DNA of 64,000 nucleotides from Squalus acanthias (taxonomy: Eukaryota), in assembly GCA_030390025.1 (NCBI GenBank), contig CM059432.1:90832001-90896000 (forward strand), in the 5' to 3' direction. This document shows positions 25,318-36,149 of the stretch, piece after piece (position 1 is the first letter of the stretch; each line of letters starts with the position of its first letter). The notes beneath the pieces are model-generated. The model made no database searches, was not told where the DNA came from, and saw only the letters and a list, made by a program, of their open reading frames with translations. Made by a program: the position numbers and the translations under genes.

Positions 25318-26330
25318 TGTAAGGGGTTTTCTCCGACACTGGTCCCCCGTTACACACAGTTCTTGGACGTCAGGATTTATAAGAACAAAATACACACGGC
25401 ACAGGGTTTTGGCTCAACCTTTGATTCGTTTGTTTATTGAACACACACACACAATTACTTCCCTAGTATAAATCACTATGATTTATATTCGGCTAACAAC
25501 CCCAAAATACAAACCCCTACGCAAGGGTCATTTGCATCGACACAGTTAAACCCGTCCGCGATTTGACTGTTACATATAAAGTTACTCAGATTCAATCACA
25601 AAAACCCTTATTGTGATCTGACGGAAACTTACAAACTTACTCAGACTCAATCACAAAAGCCCCCTCTATGATTTGACTGAAACATACAATCACCACTCCC
25701 GATCGGCTGTCTCCTGGAGTTTATTGTAGGCCCGAATCTTTCTGCTCGCTATGCTTGCGTTAGCTCCCCACACCGACTCTCTTCGAAGTGGCTTTTCCTT
25801 TGAACCAAAACCAACTTGCAATCTTGAAACACATTTCCTGACCCTTCCTGTGCACACGATGGCCGTATCAAAATGTGTGAATGTCTCTAGCCGAGAACTC
25901 TTGATGGCTAATTGTCCCTCGTATTGTCCATTGATTACTTGGGCACCGACTGTCTGTATTGAGGTTCTTTCTGACAATGCAACCTTCCCAAGGTGACTGC
26001 ATATGCTAATTGTTGTTTTCTGTTTGCATTTGTATTCAAATGGTTCAGGGCCCGGCCCATTATCTAGGCCTGCACTGATACCAGCTTGGTCCAAGGTGAA
26101 CAATGTTACCCCTTAAGGTAAATGAATATGCGTAAATGTTCCTTTTCAGAAGCATTCGTATTTTAGATTGTCTGTGAATATGATATCCAGTCTCTTGATG
26201 GTTCGTAGCTTCGGCTGCAATGTTGGAATTATCCCTTTATTGCCCATCTCTTTTTGCGGGCTGTGCAGTTCTGTTTTTTTATATTTCATAGTCCAATTTT
26301 TACCGTTGTGGGGGAGGAACGGATCCTACA
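25318..26330 (-). repeat. 3' LTR (1013 bp)
   Basis: Direct repeat of 34517-35578; ends TGTAAG...CCTACA on the + strand; carries an extra internal short tandem duplication around 25585-25640. Confidence 0.95.
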
Positions 26331-26343
26331 TCTCCCACCTTTA
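26331..26343 (-). promoter_or_regulatory. Polypurine tract
   Basis: Minus strand reads AAAGGTGGGAGA directly abutting the TG of the 3' LTR. Confidence 0.8.
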
Positions 26344-26512
26344 ATATCTCTTACATTAGAGATATTACTCCCGTCCATTCTTCTGCCATGGAGAGTGGAT
26401 TGTTCGTCCCAGCCAAATCTCACATTCCTTTTTTTTTACACATTCTATACATTTGATTCTATAATCCCAAATCCCCTTTATACAGTCTTTCCTGTTTTTC
26501 CCTTTTTACCCT

Positions 26513-28778
26513 TCATTTCGTTTTACATGATAACTTGAACAGATACAACACCATAATTAATTGCACAATTATCAGTACATGTGAGGCAATTCGGATCCAG
26601 GGAGGACTTTCAATATTAAACCAAATGTCCCACCAAGGTGGGGTGGTCATTTCCCTGATCTCCTCTCGCATTTCTCTGTTTTCCTGCTGGTGAGTGTAGT
26701 AATGTTTTTGGGAAAGCTCCACATCCTTTACCAATTTTGTCAAATGCTCAGGTAATGGCAGGATATCTTACCCAAAATGTGATATATAATCTTGGAGGTT
26801 TGGTAAAATACCACTCACTGTGAGATTTACTGAGGTGTGATCTGAAATAGGGATTATCCTTTCCTGTGCCACTTGAACCTCTATCAGGGGTTTAAAACAA
26901 AAGGTCGAGTCATAAATTGGACATCAGGTATCATTGTGTACCCTATACTGATTCGCACTGGTGGTGACACAGTAGGTTCCGTTCTCCTCATAACCAAGCT
27001 GGGGCGGGACGTGCCTCTGAGCCATCACCTCCATGGTACAGTTGATCGGTTGTGCGCTTTCAGATTCAAAACCACATGCCGGTCAGTCGAACACATTCAG
27101 GTGGTGTGGGCACAACACTGCATGTGCACTCCTTTCCTGACATCCCTTCAGATCCATGCCGGTCATGGAGTTCCCCCAATTAACCACATACGGAGTCGCC
27201 CCATGATGCCGCACATATACCCCATTTCGGATAACACCAACATTTTCCACCCGATATACTGGCACTGGCCGTTGTGACTGACCCACTACTGGTATCCTGA
27301 GAACTATTCCCATTATGGTTTAGTTGTACTGATCACAAACAATTGGGACTGGGTACGCTTCGGAGGCCAACCGTAGCTGGCACGGGTTCATGAGATTGTC
27401 ATAAGTGCTCAAGGCTCTTAGGTGTCTGTTGTCAATCCATAATGGTATGCGACCTTGCTCTAGATCCTCTAAATTACTACACCCCTCGTTTAATAACCAG
27501 GCACCGTACATAACACACGCATCATTTTGCGCATTCCGGTCCTCCTTTATTAAGTTGTTTATGGTCTGGGCGTGAGTTTCCAGCTCAGCTATCAATTCTT
27601 TCAGGTGAATGGTCATTACTTGGTCTTCTCGTAATTCCTGACCCTCAATCTCATTACCCTCCCCCAGTAACCTCTTTAGCTGATCCCGTAAGGTATTGAC
27701 CTGCGTTTGCAGCTGGGCATCATCTATACCATTGGCCAGTGACGTCCCCGTATTAAACACCGTGGTCGCGTCATTGATCAATCCCCTCTTCCATCTCCCC
27801 AAACCGGTGTGACTGTTGTCAGCTCGTTTATACAAACCCTTCTGAATTTCATCCCCATAGTTCAACTCGTAGAATTGCCGGAACATTTCTTTTAATAGTT
27901 TCTCGTACAATTTTTCCGTTTCAGCTGGGCACCACCGGAGTAGCCGTACCTTTGTCAAATTAAGGATGACAGATGCTACCTCATAATGCACGTCATAGTA
28001 TAACACCTTCCCTGTTGGAATCAGTACTAACCCATTCCTAGGTCCGGGTGTCGTTATGGGGCACTTAACCTCTTTATCCCGTGTCTTTGGGGCTGATGGT
28101 AGGGGCATCTTAAAGTGCGCTACTAGTAGCATTGACTGCGTTTGGAGGATCTGGGACCACACACGAATCGAAACTCTGAGTCCAGCCTATTCCAGATCTG
28201 GAATCTTGCCATTGCCGTTTAAAAGCGATGGACACCCCCTGCTGGCATTTACGTTCCGATCCTCCCACACACACATAAACCCCTTGTTCCTCCTTCCACC
28301 ACTTGTCCCATCATAATTTCACACCCCCTTTTGTCCTCACAATCGATCTGTACGAGTCATTCCCCAATCTTTCCTAATCCGTGGATTCATTACCCTTTGC
28401 CTTGTCTGTTTTCTGTAGCCACCACCACCATCCCACGGAGATACTTCCCCAGCATTCTAGGCACACTTGCCTTCCCTTGTTCACCAGTACCTTTTTGGTG
28501 GTGATATTTAATTTGGGACACGGCACTGATGCCTCACTGAATTTGTAACCAGTGTAATTGGAATATTTAGTGGAATTTGACCCCAACCAACCCGGCCATT
28601 TTCCCTCATGGAAGTATGTAGCTATCCCGTCAGTGCCCCGTGCTCTACCTCCCTGTGTTACGGTGGGCCTGGCTCCTCCCATACACCCATAAGCAAATGA
28701 CATCTCGATGTCGCCTCGCTCCATCTGTCCTGAACTGATCAGGATTACCAACAGGCCCAGCCACAGAGTGCATTCCAT
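26513..28778 (-). pseudogene. env: env-like class I fusion glycoprotein gene (signal peptide, Ig-like domain, furin site, HR1, Cys-rich region, HR2, W-rich MPER, TM), disrupted
   Basis: MECTLWLGLLVILISSG signal; RWKR|GLINDATTVFNTGTSLANG; heptads LQTQVNTLRDQLKRLL; PPWWDIWF followed by TM IASHVLIIVQLIMVLYLF; several NxS/T sites; pieces 28374-28907, 27320-28162, 27083-27313, 26513-26743. Confidence 0.85.
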
Positions 28779-28802
28779 CCTGCATCCTCCGTTCGACTCG
28801 CC

Positions 28803-28830
28803 TCTGCAAATAAAAGAAAAGAAAAATAGC
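28803..28830 (-). promoter_or_regulatory. env splice acceptor
   Basis: Minus strand TTTTTCTTTTCTTTTATTTGCAG|AGG, 25 nt upstream of the signal-peptide ATG at 28778. Confidence 0.75.
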
Positions 28831-29110
28831 AACACTCTGTGAGAGGTCTTCCCTCCACAGGTCAAACTTAGGTTATATACATAGTATACATGCTGTGATT
28901 GCTGCAATCACCGCGTCCCTTTTTCCTTACTGTCCGGTTGGGACCTCATGCGGCTCAGGGTCGGTGTGCGAGGAGGCGTCCAAGGCACCCTAGGTTGGGG
29001 TGTTCGACTACTCCTTCTCACCGCTCCACTCTCTGGGTTTTCGTCATCATCCCACAACATGGGAGAAAACTTACATCGGTCAAACTCATGATCGTTCCCT
29101 GGGTTCTGGT

Positions 29111-32100
29111 TCATTTTATTCCTCTCTTCCCGGGGTCATAGAGTTTACATTGATTAGTGTGGAACCACTTCGTCCGTTTTGGCAGCTGCACTGCATAAAC
29201 CATAGGGCTTGCCTTGTCCACTATACTGTACGGCCCCATGTACAGTGGCTCGAAAGCCCCTACCCGGGCATAATTTCTCACCATGACCTGGTCCCCTACC
29301 TTCCACTCCTGTACTTTCTGTGGCTCTAACAGCATTCTATTCTTCTGGTGCTGGCTTCCCATGTTATTTGCGGCTTCCCATTGTACTTTCTTCAAGATCT
29401 CATACCTGTCCCGGTTGACCTCCCTCGTTTAAGCTTCAATCAGGACCGGTACCAAGACATGAGTCGGAGTCCTCATCGCCCTACCGGTCATCAGCTCATA
29501 CGGAGAGTGTCCTGTGCTTTTGGAGAGGTTGGCCTGATATTCATGAGAACTAGAGGCAGGACCTCGTCCCATTTATTTTAGGTACCCCCGTATCACCTTC
29601 TTAAGCCTTTCCTTTAAGGTCCGGTTCATCCTTTCCACTATTCCCGATGATTGGGGGTTGTGGACCACACGCCATTTTCCCTGTGTCCCTAAAAGTTTCA
29701 GGGTGGTCTTCATGACTTGTCCTGTGAAATGGCTCCCCTGATCTGATTCCACTACCTGGGGCAATCCCCATCGGGAGAACATGTCCCTTACTAGGATCTT
29801 AGCCGTGTTTAACGCTGTGGCTGTTCGACAAGGGAAGGCCTCAACCCACTTAGAGAAAACCTCCACCAACACCAGACAATACTTGTTGCCTGCTTTTGTG
29901 GTGGACAGGGGCCCAATGAAGTCTATTTGTATAGAACGCCATGGTCTCTCTACCCTCCTAACGTGTCCCAACGGTGCCTTTCTACGGTGGGGGTCTGGAT
30001 TATTCGCAGTGCACACTAGGCACTCCCTGCAATATTCCTTCACCTCTTCCCTGAGATGAGGCCACCAACCCACCTCCTCCACTTTCTTCCAGGTAGTTTC
30101 CGGCCCTGGATGCCCAGCTCCCGGACCCCCGTGAGCTAGCTGCATAAATTCCTCCCGGTACTGTGTGGGCACGATCCACCTTTCCCCTTTAAACAGCATC
30201 CCCTCTTTGACCACTATATCTGCTGCTCCAAAAGGACCCTCAATTGGTCCCCATCTACCCTTTTCTTAATCACGGTTTTTAAACCCGCATCTTGTGGTCA
30301 TAAGAGATATGGAGAGCCCACAGGAGGTGAAGTTGCCCCCAGACCTGGGGGCAACTTCACCTCCTGTGGGCCCTCCATATCACTTATGGCCACGATCTGT
30401 CCAGATCGGTACGGTTCCCAAAGTACTCCCTCCCTGGCCCCCTTTTTTGCCAACTCATCGGCCTTCTGGTTACCTTTCAATTTAGGCTCAGTTTTTGAGT
30501 GTGCCTTTACTTTCTGGATGTAATACTCCCCTTTATTGCCCATAACGCCCAGAATTGTGTTCAGCAGTGGGGCGATTACTAACAGTTTCCCGTCGGCGGA
30601 CTTGAATCCTCGTCTAGCCCATATTGCCAGATATTCAGTGCAAGAATTGCCCGTGAACATTGAGTCTGAGCATATTGTGTAGGAGGTTGGGAATTCCTCG
30701 GGATGTGTGACCACATAAGCTACAGCCGCCAGCTCGGCCTCCTGTGCGCTCAGTGTGCTGGGGAGTTTGATAGCTTTCTCTATTCCAGCCCCTGGGTCAT
30801 AAATTCCACACCCTGTCTTACACTCTCCGTTTGTCATCGAACTGGACCCATCCACATATATATCGCTCCCTGTCGGATGTTGCCCGGCCCGGAATCCCAC
30901 ATCTACATCCCCTATCCCTTCTACCGTGCACACATGATTCGTCCCTGGATAAATCATGTTCAAGGCCAGCTTAGGTTCCACCAATCTTTCCACCCTCAGG
31001 TTCATCTGGGAGAGTAGCAATGTCCAGCTGGCAATACGATTGCTACTCACTGTCCCATCTTTTATCCTCCCATCCAATAGCATCTGTGGCAGGGTATGAC
31101 ATGTCAGTAAGGTTATTAAAGATGACCCCGTAAATAATTGGAAACATTTGACGGCCCAATAGTTCGCCAAAAGGTGTCTTTCGCAGTTCGAGTAACCCCT
31201 CTCTACATCTGTCAGGACTCGGGAGGCATAAGCTACTGGCCTCAACTTGTCATGCCGTTCTTGGAGCAACACTGCACTCAAACTATCCCCAGTAGCTGCT
31301 ACCTCCGGATAAAAATCTTCGTTCCTGTTTATTGCTCCTAGTGCGGGTGCAGTTTGTAAATTTTCCTTTAGGCGAGTAAATGCCTCCTTACAACTCTCAT
31401 CCCATTCCCATCCTACTCCTTTCCTAAGGAGTCTAAGCAAAGGGGCTGCCGTGGCTGCATAGCCTTCAATAAAATCCCTGCAATACCCTGTCATACCAAG
31501 AAAAGATCTCACCGCAGTTACACTCTTTGGAGCGGGTAGTTCCTGCACTGCCCTCCTCTTCGCCTCGTCTATAGCCCTTTCCCCTGCCCTAATCATCAAT
31601 CCTAAGAATTTCACATCCTCCTGTCCTATTTGGGCTTTCTTGGGGTTTGCCTTAAACCCTGCCTCCCCCAACAGCTTTAGTAGCTCATCCAGTAGTGGCC
31701 CGTGGTCCTCTGCACTTTCTGAGAATAATAATAGGTCATCCACATACTGGATGAACTGGCTAGGCTGACTGAAATTCTTTAAAGCATTAGCCATACACTG
31801 ATGGAAAATCAAGGGACTGTTATGAAACCCTTGTGGGAGGCACATCCACGTGTACTGTTGCCCTTTGAATGTAAAGGCAAATTTATACTGTCCTCCCGTC
31901 TTACTGGAATAGACCAGAACCAGTTAGCTATGTCCAATACAGTGAACGTTGTTGCCTCCGCAGGAATATTCCCTATTAGATTGGCTACTGCTGCTACTGT
32001 GGGCGCGCATGCTGGAATACCTTTATTAAGAAACCGGTAGTCTACCATGGCTCTCGATGACTGATCGGGTTTCTTAACTGGCCATAGGGGTGAATTTACG

Positions 32101-32816
32101 TGGGTCGCTATCGGCCTCAGTACCCCTTATTCCACGAGGGAGTTCAGTGCAGTTTCCAAGTCCTTCTCTGCCTCCTGGGGAAAACTATACTGTTTCTGAG
32201 GTCGCGACATTGGGTCCCCGTGTACCTCCACCTCTACCCCCGTTACCCTACCACAGTCATGTCGGTGAGTGGCGAACACTGCGAGATTATTTTTCACATA
32301 CCCCCGATACCTTTCCGGGGTGCTACGGACCAATTGTTCCAAGTCATAGCTACCCTTTGGTTTCATAGTACAGGCGCTACCTTTCACTTTCTCCGCCTTG
32401 GGGATAACTCGAACTTCCTCAGGTTTATCTGAACCAACCGCCCCCCATAGACAGTGGTTTCTCATATCCACGATCACATAGTGGACCAGCATAAAATCAG
32501 CTCCGAGGACCCCCGCGCCGGGCTGATCCCATTGCATCAGTACACATTCCCACTTAGTGACAAGGGGTCCTAACCCTATAGACAAAGGTTTCGATACCGC
32601 CCCAGTCTGCTCATTCCCTGTGAAACCCACTAACTTAAACGGGACCCTGCTCGACCATGGAGAAGTGGTCGGGTTTGGTGAGTGAAGCACCGTACTGTAA
32701 GCTCCGGTGTCCACGAGATACTTTCCCCGAACAGCCTCTACCTTGATCTCTACACAAGGTCTGCCCCACTCATCGTAGGCGAGCGGGCACAGGTACTCGG
32801 GCTGAGTGCGTCCTAG
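29111..32816 (-). pseudogene. pol: pro-pol: aspartic protease, RT, tether/RNase H-like fold, RNase H, integrase (stops and frameshifts)
   Basis: LVDTGA; NSPLWPVKKPD, VDYRFLN, LPQGFHNSP, YVDDLL; PVAYASR; IYVDGSS...AQEAEL...CSDS...VKAH...GNQKADELAK; H-H-C-C, IDFIGP, SDQGSHF, VERMN, GPY. Confidence 0.92.
30294..30393. repeat. 100-bp near-perfect palindrome between RNase H and integrase
   Basis: 49-bp arms with 3 mismatches and a 2-nt loop (30343-30344). Confidence 0.9.
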
Positions 32817-34472
32817 TCATGGGGGAAGTGGGGGCGCGCTGGGCTTTTCACTACATACGGCAGCGTCCAGCTTTCCCTGATCTTTGCCCATAACCTGCCG
32901 TAACGCGGTCACTAGAAGTTCCACTGGATCTTCTACCCTCTCCTTCTCCGCCTCTACTACCTGCGGTTTTGACCCTGAGGGACCCCTGTATCCTGGTTTT
33001 TCCCCTTTTGGGAACTTGCACTCCCTGTTCCAGTGTCCCATTCTCCAACAGTTAAAGCACGCCTGGGATCTGTCCACCTTACCCCCCCTCCTGCTTCCAT
33101 TCTTTTCTACCATCCACGCTTCCCTTCATCTCGTGCACTTTTCCCTTATGTTTATTCTCCTCCCCTCGGTCGGATTTAAAAGTCAGTTTCCTTAACACGC
33201 CTGGCTCTGTATTATTAACATCCTCGGAGTCGAACCATGATTCCGCCCTAGCCCTGATCCGTGGCAGGCTGTTAGCCACTAGGGTCCTCGACCAATGATT
33301 CCTGGAAGCCCCTAACAACTGTGCTTGGGCTAGATTTCTCCCCGTTGCTTTCAGATACACGGGCCACAACCTGTCTGCGAATGCAGCCGGTGCCTCGCCA
33401 GCCAGCTGTCTGGTCTGCTCGACCTGCAAGAACGGGCTGCCCTCGCTATATCCCAGCGCTATTAAAATTTCGTCCTTTACCCCATCCAGGGTACCCCCTC
33501 CTAACTTAGTGGTTGCCGACAAACCCTGGTACAACTTCCCATCTAGAGAGAACAGTATCAGCTTTTTCCGTTCGTCGTTGTCACAATTATTGATCCCCTA
33601 TCTGCTCTACATTGACAAAATGAACAGAGGCATCCCCTCCGTGCTTCAGTTTCGGCACACTGGCCAGCATTTCCTGCAACTGAAGGGACGTATAGGGAAG
33701 CACACAATCACTCTGCAATGGCCCCTGACCACCGCCTTTTGCTGTCGCAGGGGACACATCGGTCCCGGTGGTCCCTGTGCTTCCGGAGCCAGTCGAACCT
33801 CTCTATACTGGATCCCATCACCGGGCTCCTGTTCCTCCTCATCCCAGTCTACCCCAACTTCCCCTGGTGCCATGAGACAAACCATACCCCTGGCCCTGGA
33901 TAATGCTAGGGTCAACTTACGGATTTTTTCATTACAGGGCCCGTGATCGGCCTCTTCATGTACCCGGATTTTGGCTACCCTGTATGCCACCTTTATATCT
34001 TTTAACTGCTCCTCAGCCTTGCCAGCTCTCTCTGAGTTCCTATTACCTTCCTCACGCTGAGCCTGACACTGCCTTCTACTTTCGGTGACCTGACATTGCA
34101 GGTACTCTAACGTGTTTCTAGCTGTTTCTTCCTGCGCTTTTCTCTCCTGCCTTTCAAAGCTCAAATCTTTTATCAGCCGGTTCACTACGGCCTCTCTCTC
34201 TCCTGCCCTACTTTCTGATGCCTGTTTCTCTTTTCCTAAACGCTCAACTTTCTCCATGAGCATCTGAATTTGTTTCTGCATACATATTAGCCAAATCGCC
34301 TTTTCCTTCGATTTCTTATATACACTACTACCCGTCCACTCTACCGCTTTCTCATACGGACTGTCGAGTGTAACATTTCCCGCACCCAGTGCTCGGAAAT
34401 GTTTACTTTCCCAAACACATACGAGGATATCCTATCCTCCATCGCGGGTTTCCTGCACTTAGCCCTGTCCAT
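32817..34472 (-). pseudogene. gag: gag with an N-terminal coiled coil and a CCHC zinc knuckle (frameshifted)
   Basis: First ATG after the PBS is at 34472; coiled-coil ORF 33646-34281; capsid-like helical piece 33079-33534; CFNCWRMGHWNREC knuckle; Pro-rich end PSAPPLPP. Confidence 0.8.
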
Positions 34473-34493
34473 AATTTTGTTCTAAACCTTGAC

Positions 34494-34511
34494 GTCCTGC
34501 CGCAGTCACCA
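34494..34511 (-). promoter_or_regulatory. Putative primer binding site
   Basis: TGGTGACTGCGGCAGGAC begins after a 5-nt spacer (GAATC) inside the 5' LTR end; the cognate tRNA was not identified. Confidence 0.6.
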
Positions 34512-34516
34512 GATTC

Positions 34517-35578
34517 TGTAATGGTTTTCTCCGACACTGGTCCCCCGTTACACACAGTTCTTGGACGTCAGGATTTATAAGAACAAAATACACACGGCAC
34601 AGGGTTTTGGCTCAACCTTTGATTTGTTTGTTTATTGAACACACACACACAATTACTTCCCTAGTATAAATCCCTATGATTTATATCAGGCTAACAACCC
34701 CAAAATACAAACCCCTACGCAAGGGTCATTTGCATCGACACAATATGACAGTTAAACCCGTCCGCGATTTGACTGTTACATATAAAGTTACCCAGACTCA
34801 GTCACAAAAGCCCCCTCTATGATTTGACTGAAACATACAATCACCACTCCTGATCGGCTGTCTCCTGGAGTTTATTGTAGGCCCGAATCTTTCTGCTCGC
34901 TGTTCTTGCGTTAGCTCCCCACACCGACTCTCTTTGAAGTGGCTTTTCCTTTAAACCAAAACCAACTTGCAATCTTGAAACACATTTCCTGACCCTTCCT
35001 GTGCACACGATTGCCGTATCAAAATGTGTGAATGTCTCTAGCCGAGAACTCTTGATGGCTAATTGTCCCTCGTATTGTCCATTGATTACTTGGGCACCGA
35101 CTGTCTGTATTGAGGTCCTTTCTGACAATGCAACCTTCCCAAGGTAACTGCATATGCTAATTGTTGGTTTCTGTTAGCATTCGTATTCAAATGGTTCAGG
35201 GCCCGGCCCATTGTCTAGGCCTGCACTGATACCAGCTTGGTCCAAGGTGAACAATGTAACCCCTTAAGGTAAATGAATTAAGCAGCAGAAGACCCAATAT
35301 TCACACATAATAGCTTTCTAAAACCCCTCCTGAGTTTCCAACCAAAATAACTCCCCTCATTTCCTCTCTCACCCTCAGAAATGTTCCTTTTCGGAACCAT
35401 TCGTATTTTAGATTGTCTGTGAAAATTGATATCCAGTCACTTAATGGTTCGTAGCTTCGGCTGCAGTGTTTGAATTAACCCTTCATTGCCCATCTCTTTT
35501 TGCAGGCAGTGCAGTTCTGGGTTTTTATATTTCATAGTCCAATTTTTACCATGGGGGGGGGGAGGAACGGATCCTACA
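34517..35578 (-). repeat. 5' LTR (1062 bp) with a 100-bp foreign insertion
   Basis: Direct repeat of 25318-26330 differing by a few percent by eye; 35279-35378 has no counterpart in the other LTR. Confidence 0.95.
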
Positions 35579-36149
35579 GTATGATCTGTGATAAAGGCCA
35601 TGGGAATAGAGAGGCCACAGGAGATGGCAAGGTAAAGTATGGGTAGGAGAGTTTATAGACAGAGAGGTTTAAGGGGGATAGGAAGTCAGTGTATTCAGAG
35701 GAAAGAGAGCAAGGGGAGCTCAGATGAATATTAAATCACTGAGGATTAGAAGTCACTCAGTGCTGAGGGTGAGAGAGGAAATGAGGGGAGTTATTTTGGT
35801 GGGAAACTCAGGAGGGGTTTTAGAAAGCTATTATGTATGAATGTTGGGTCTTCTGTTGTTTACTACTGCTTCCAGCCTGTGCTTTTGTTTGTTTTTTTAG
35901 CAAAAATAAATGAAAAGGTGATGATAAAAAGTAGGGTGTTAAAGTTTGCAAGCTGTCAGTTCAGACAGTAACATTAAAAAGAAACTGCAGTAATTTAAAT
36001 TGTCACAGGATTTTAAGAACTATAAAGTACAATTACTGAAGTTTCAGTCTTTCATCATTCCTGTATTTTATCCTTTAAGGATGGTGGTTAGAAGTAGCCT
36101 AGGACTGTTACCTTTATACAGAAAATTTCCCTGTGGTGGCATCATGAAT

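Larger units (their letters stand above)
25318..35578 (-). mobile_element. Full-length endogenous retrovirus-like LTR element (gag-pro-pol-env), lokiretrovirus-like, decayed
   Basis: Paired LTRs with TG...CA ends, GTAT TSD at 25314-25317 and 35579-35582, PBS-like site, PPT, and gag/PR/RT/RH/RH/IN/env motifs in order. The flanks rejoin as an L2-like endonuclease frame (ITDHTIS). Confidence 0.93.

Noticed and set aside
25690..26103. 137-aa ORF in the 3' LTR, echoed at 34841-35128
   Set aside because: The recurrence is explained by LTR duplication; non-ATG start and no recognisable motif.
28908..29114. 68-aa ORF between integrase and env as an accessory gene
   Set aside because: Low-complexity and overlapping the integrase stop; more likely a frameshifted integrase tail. 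Cannot be resolved without other copies.
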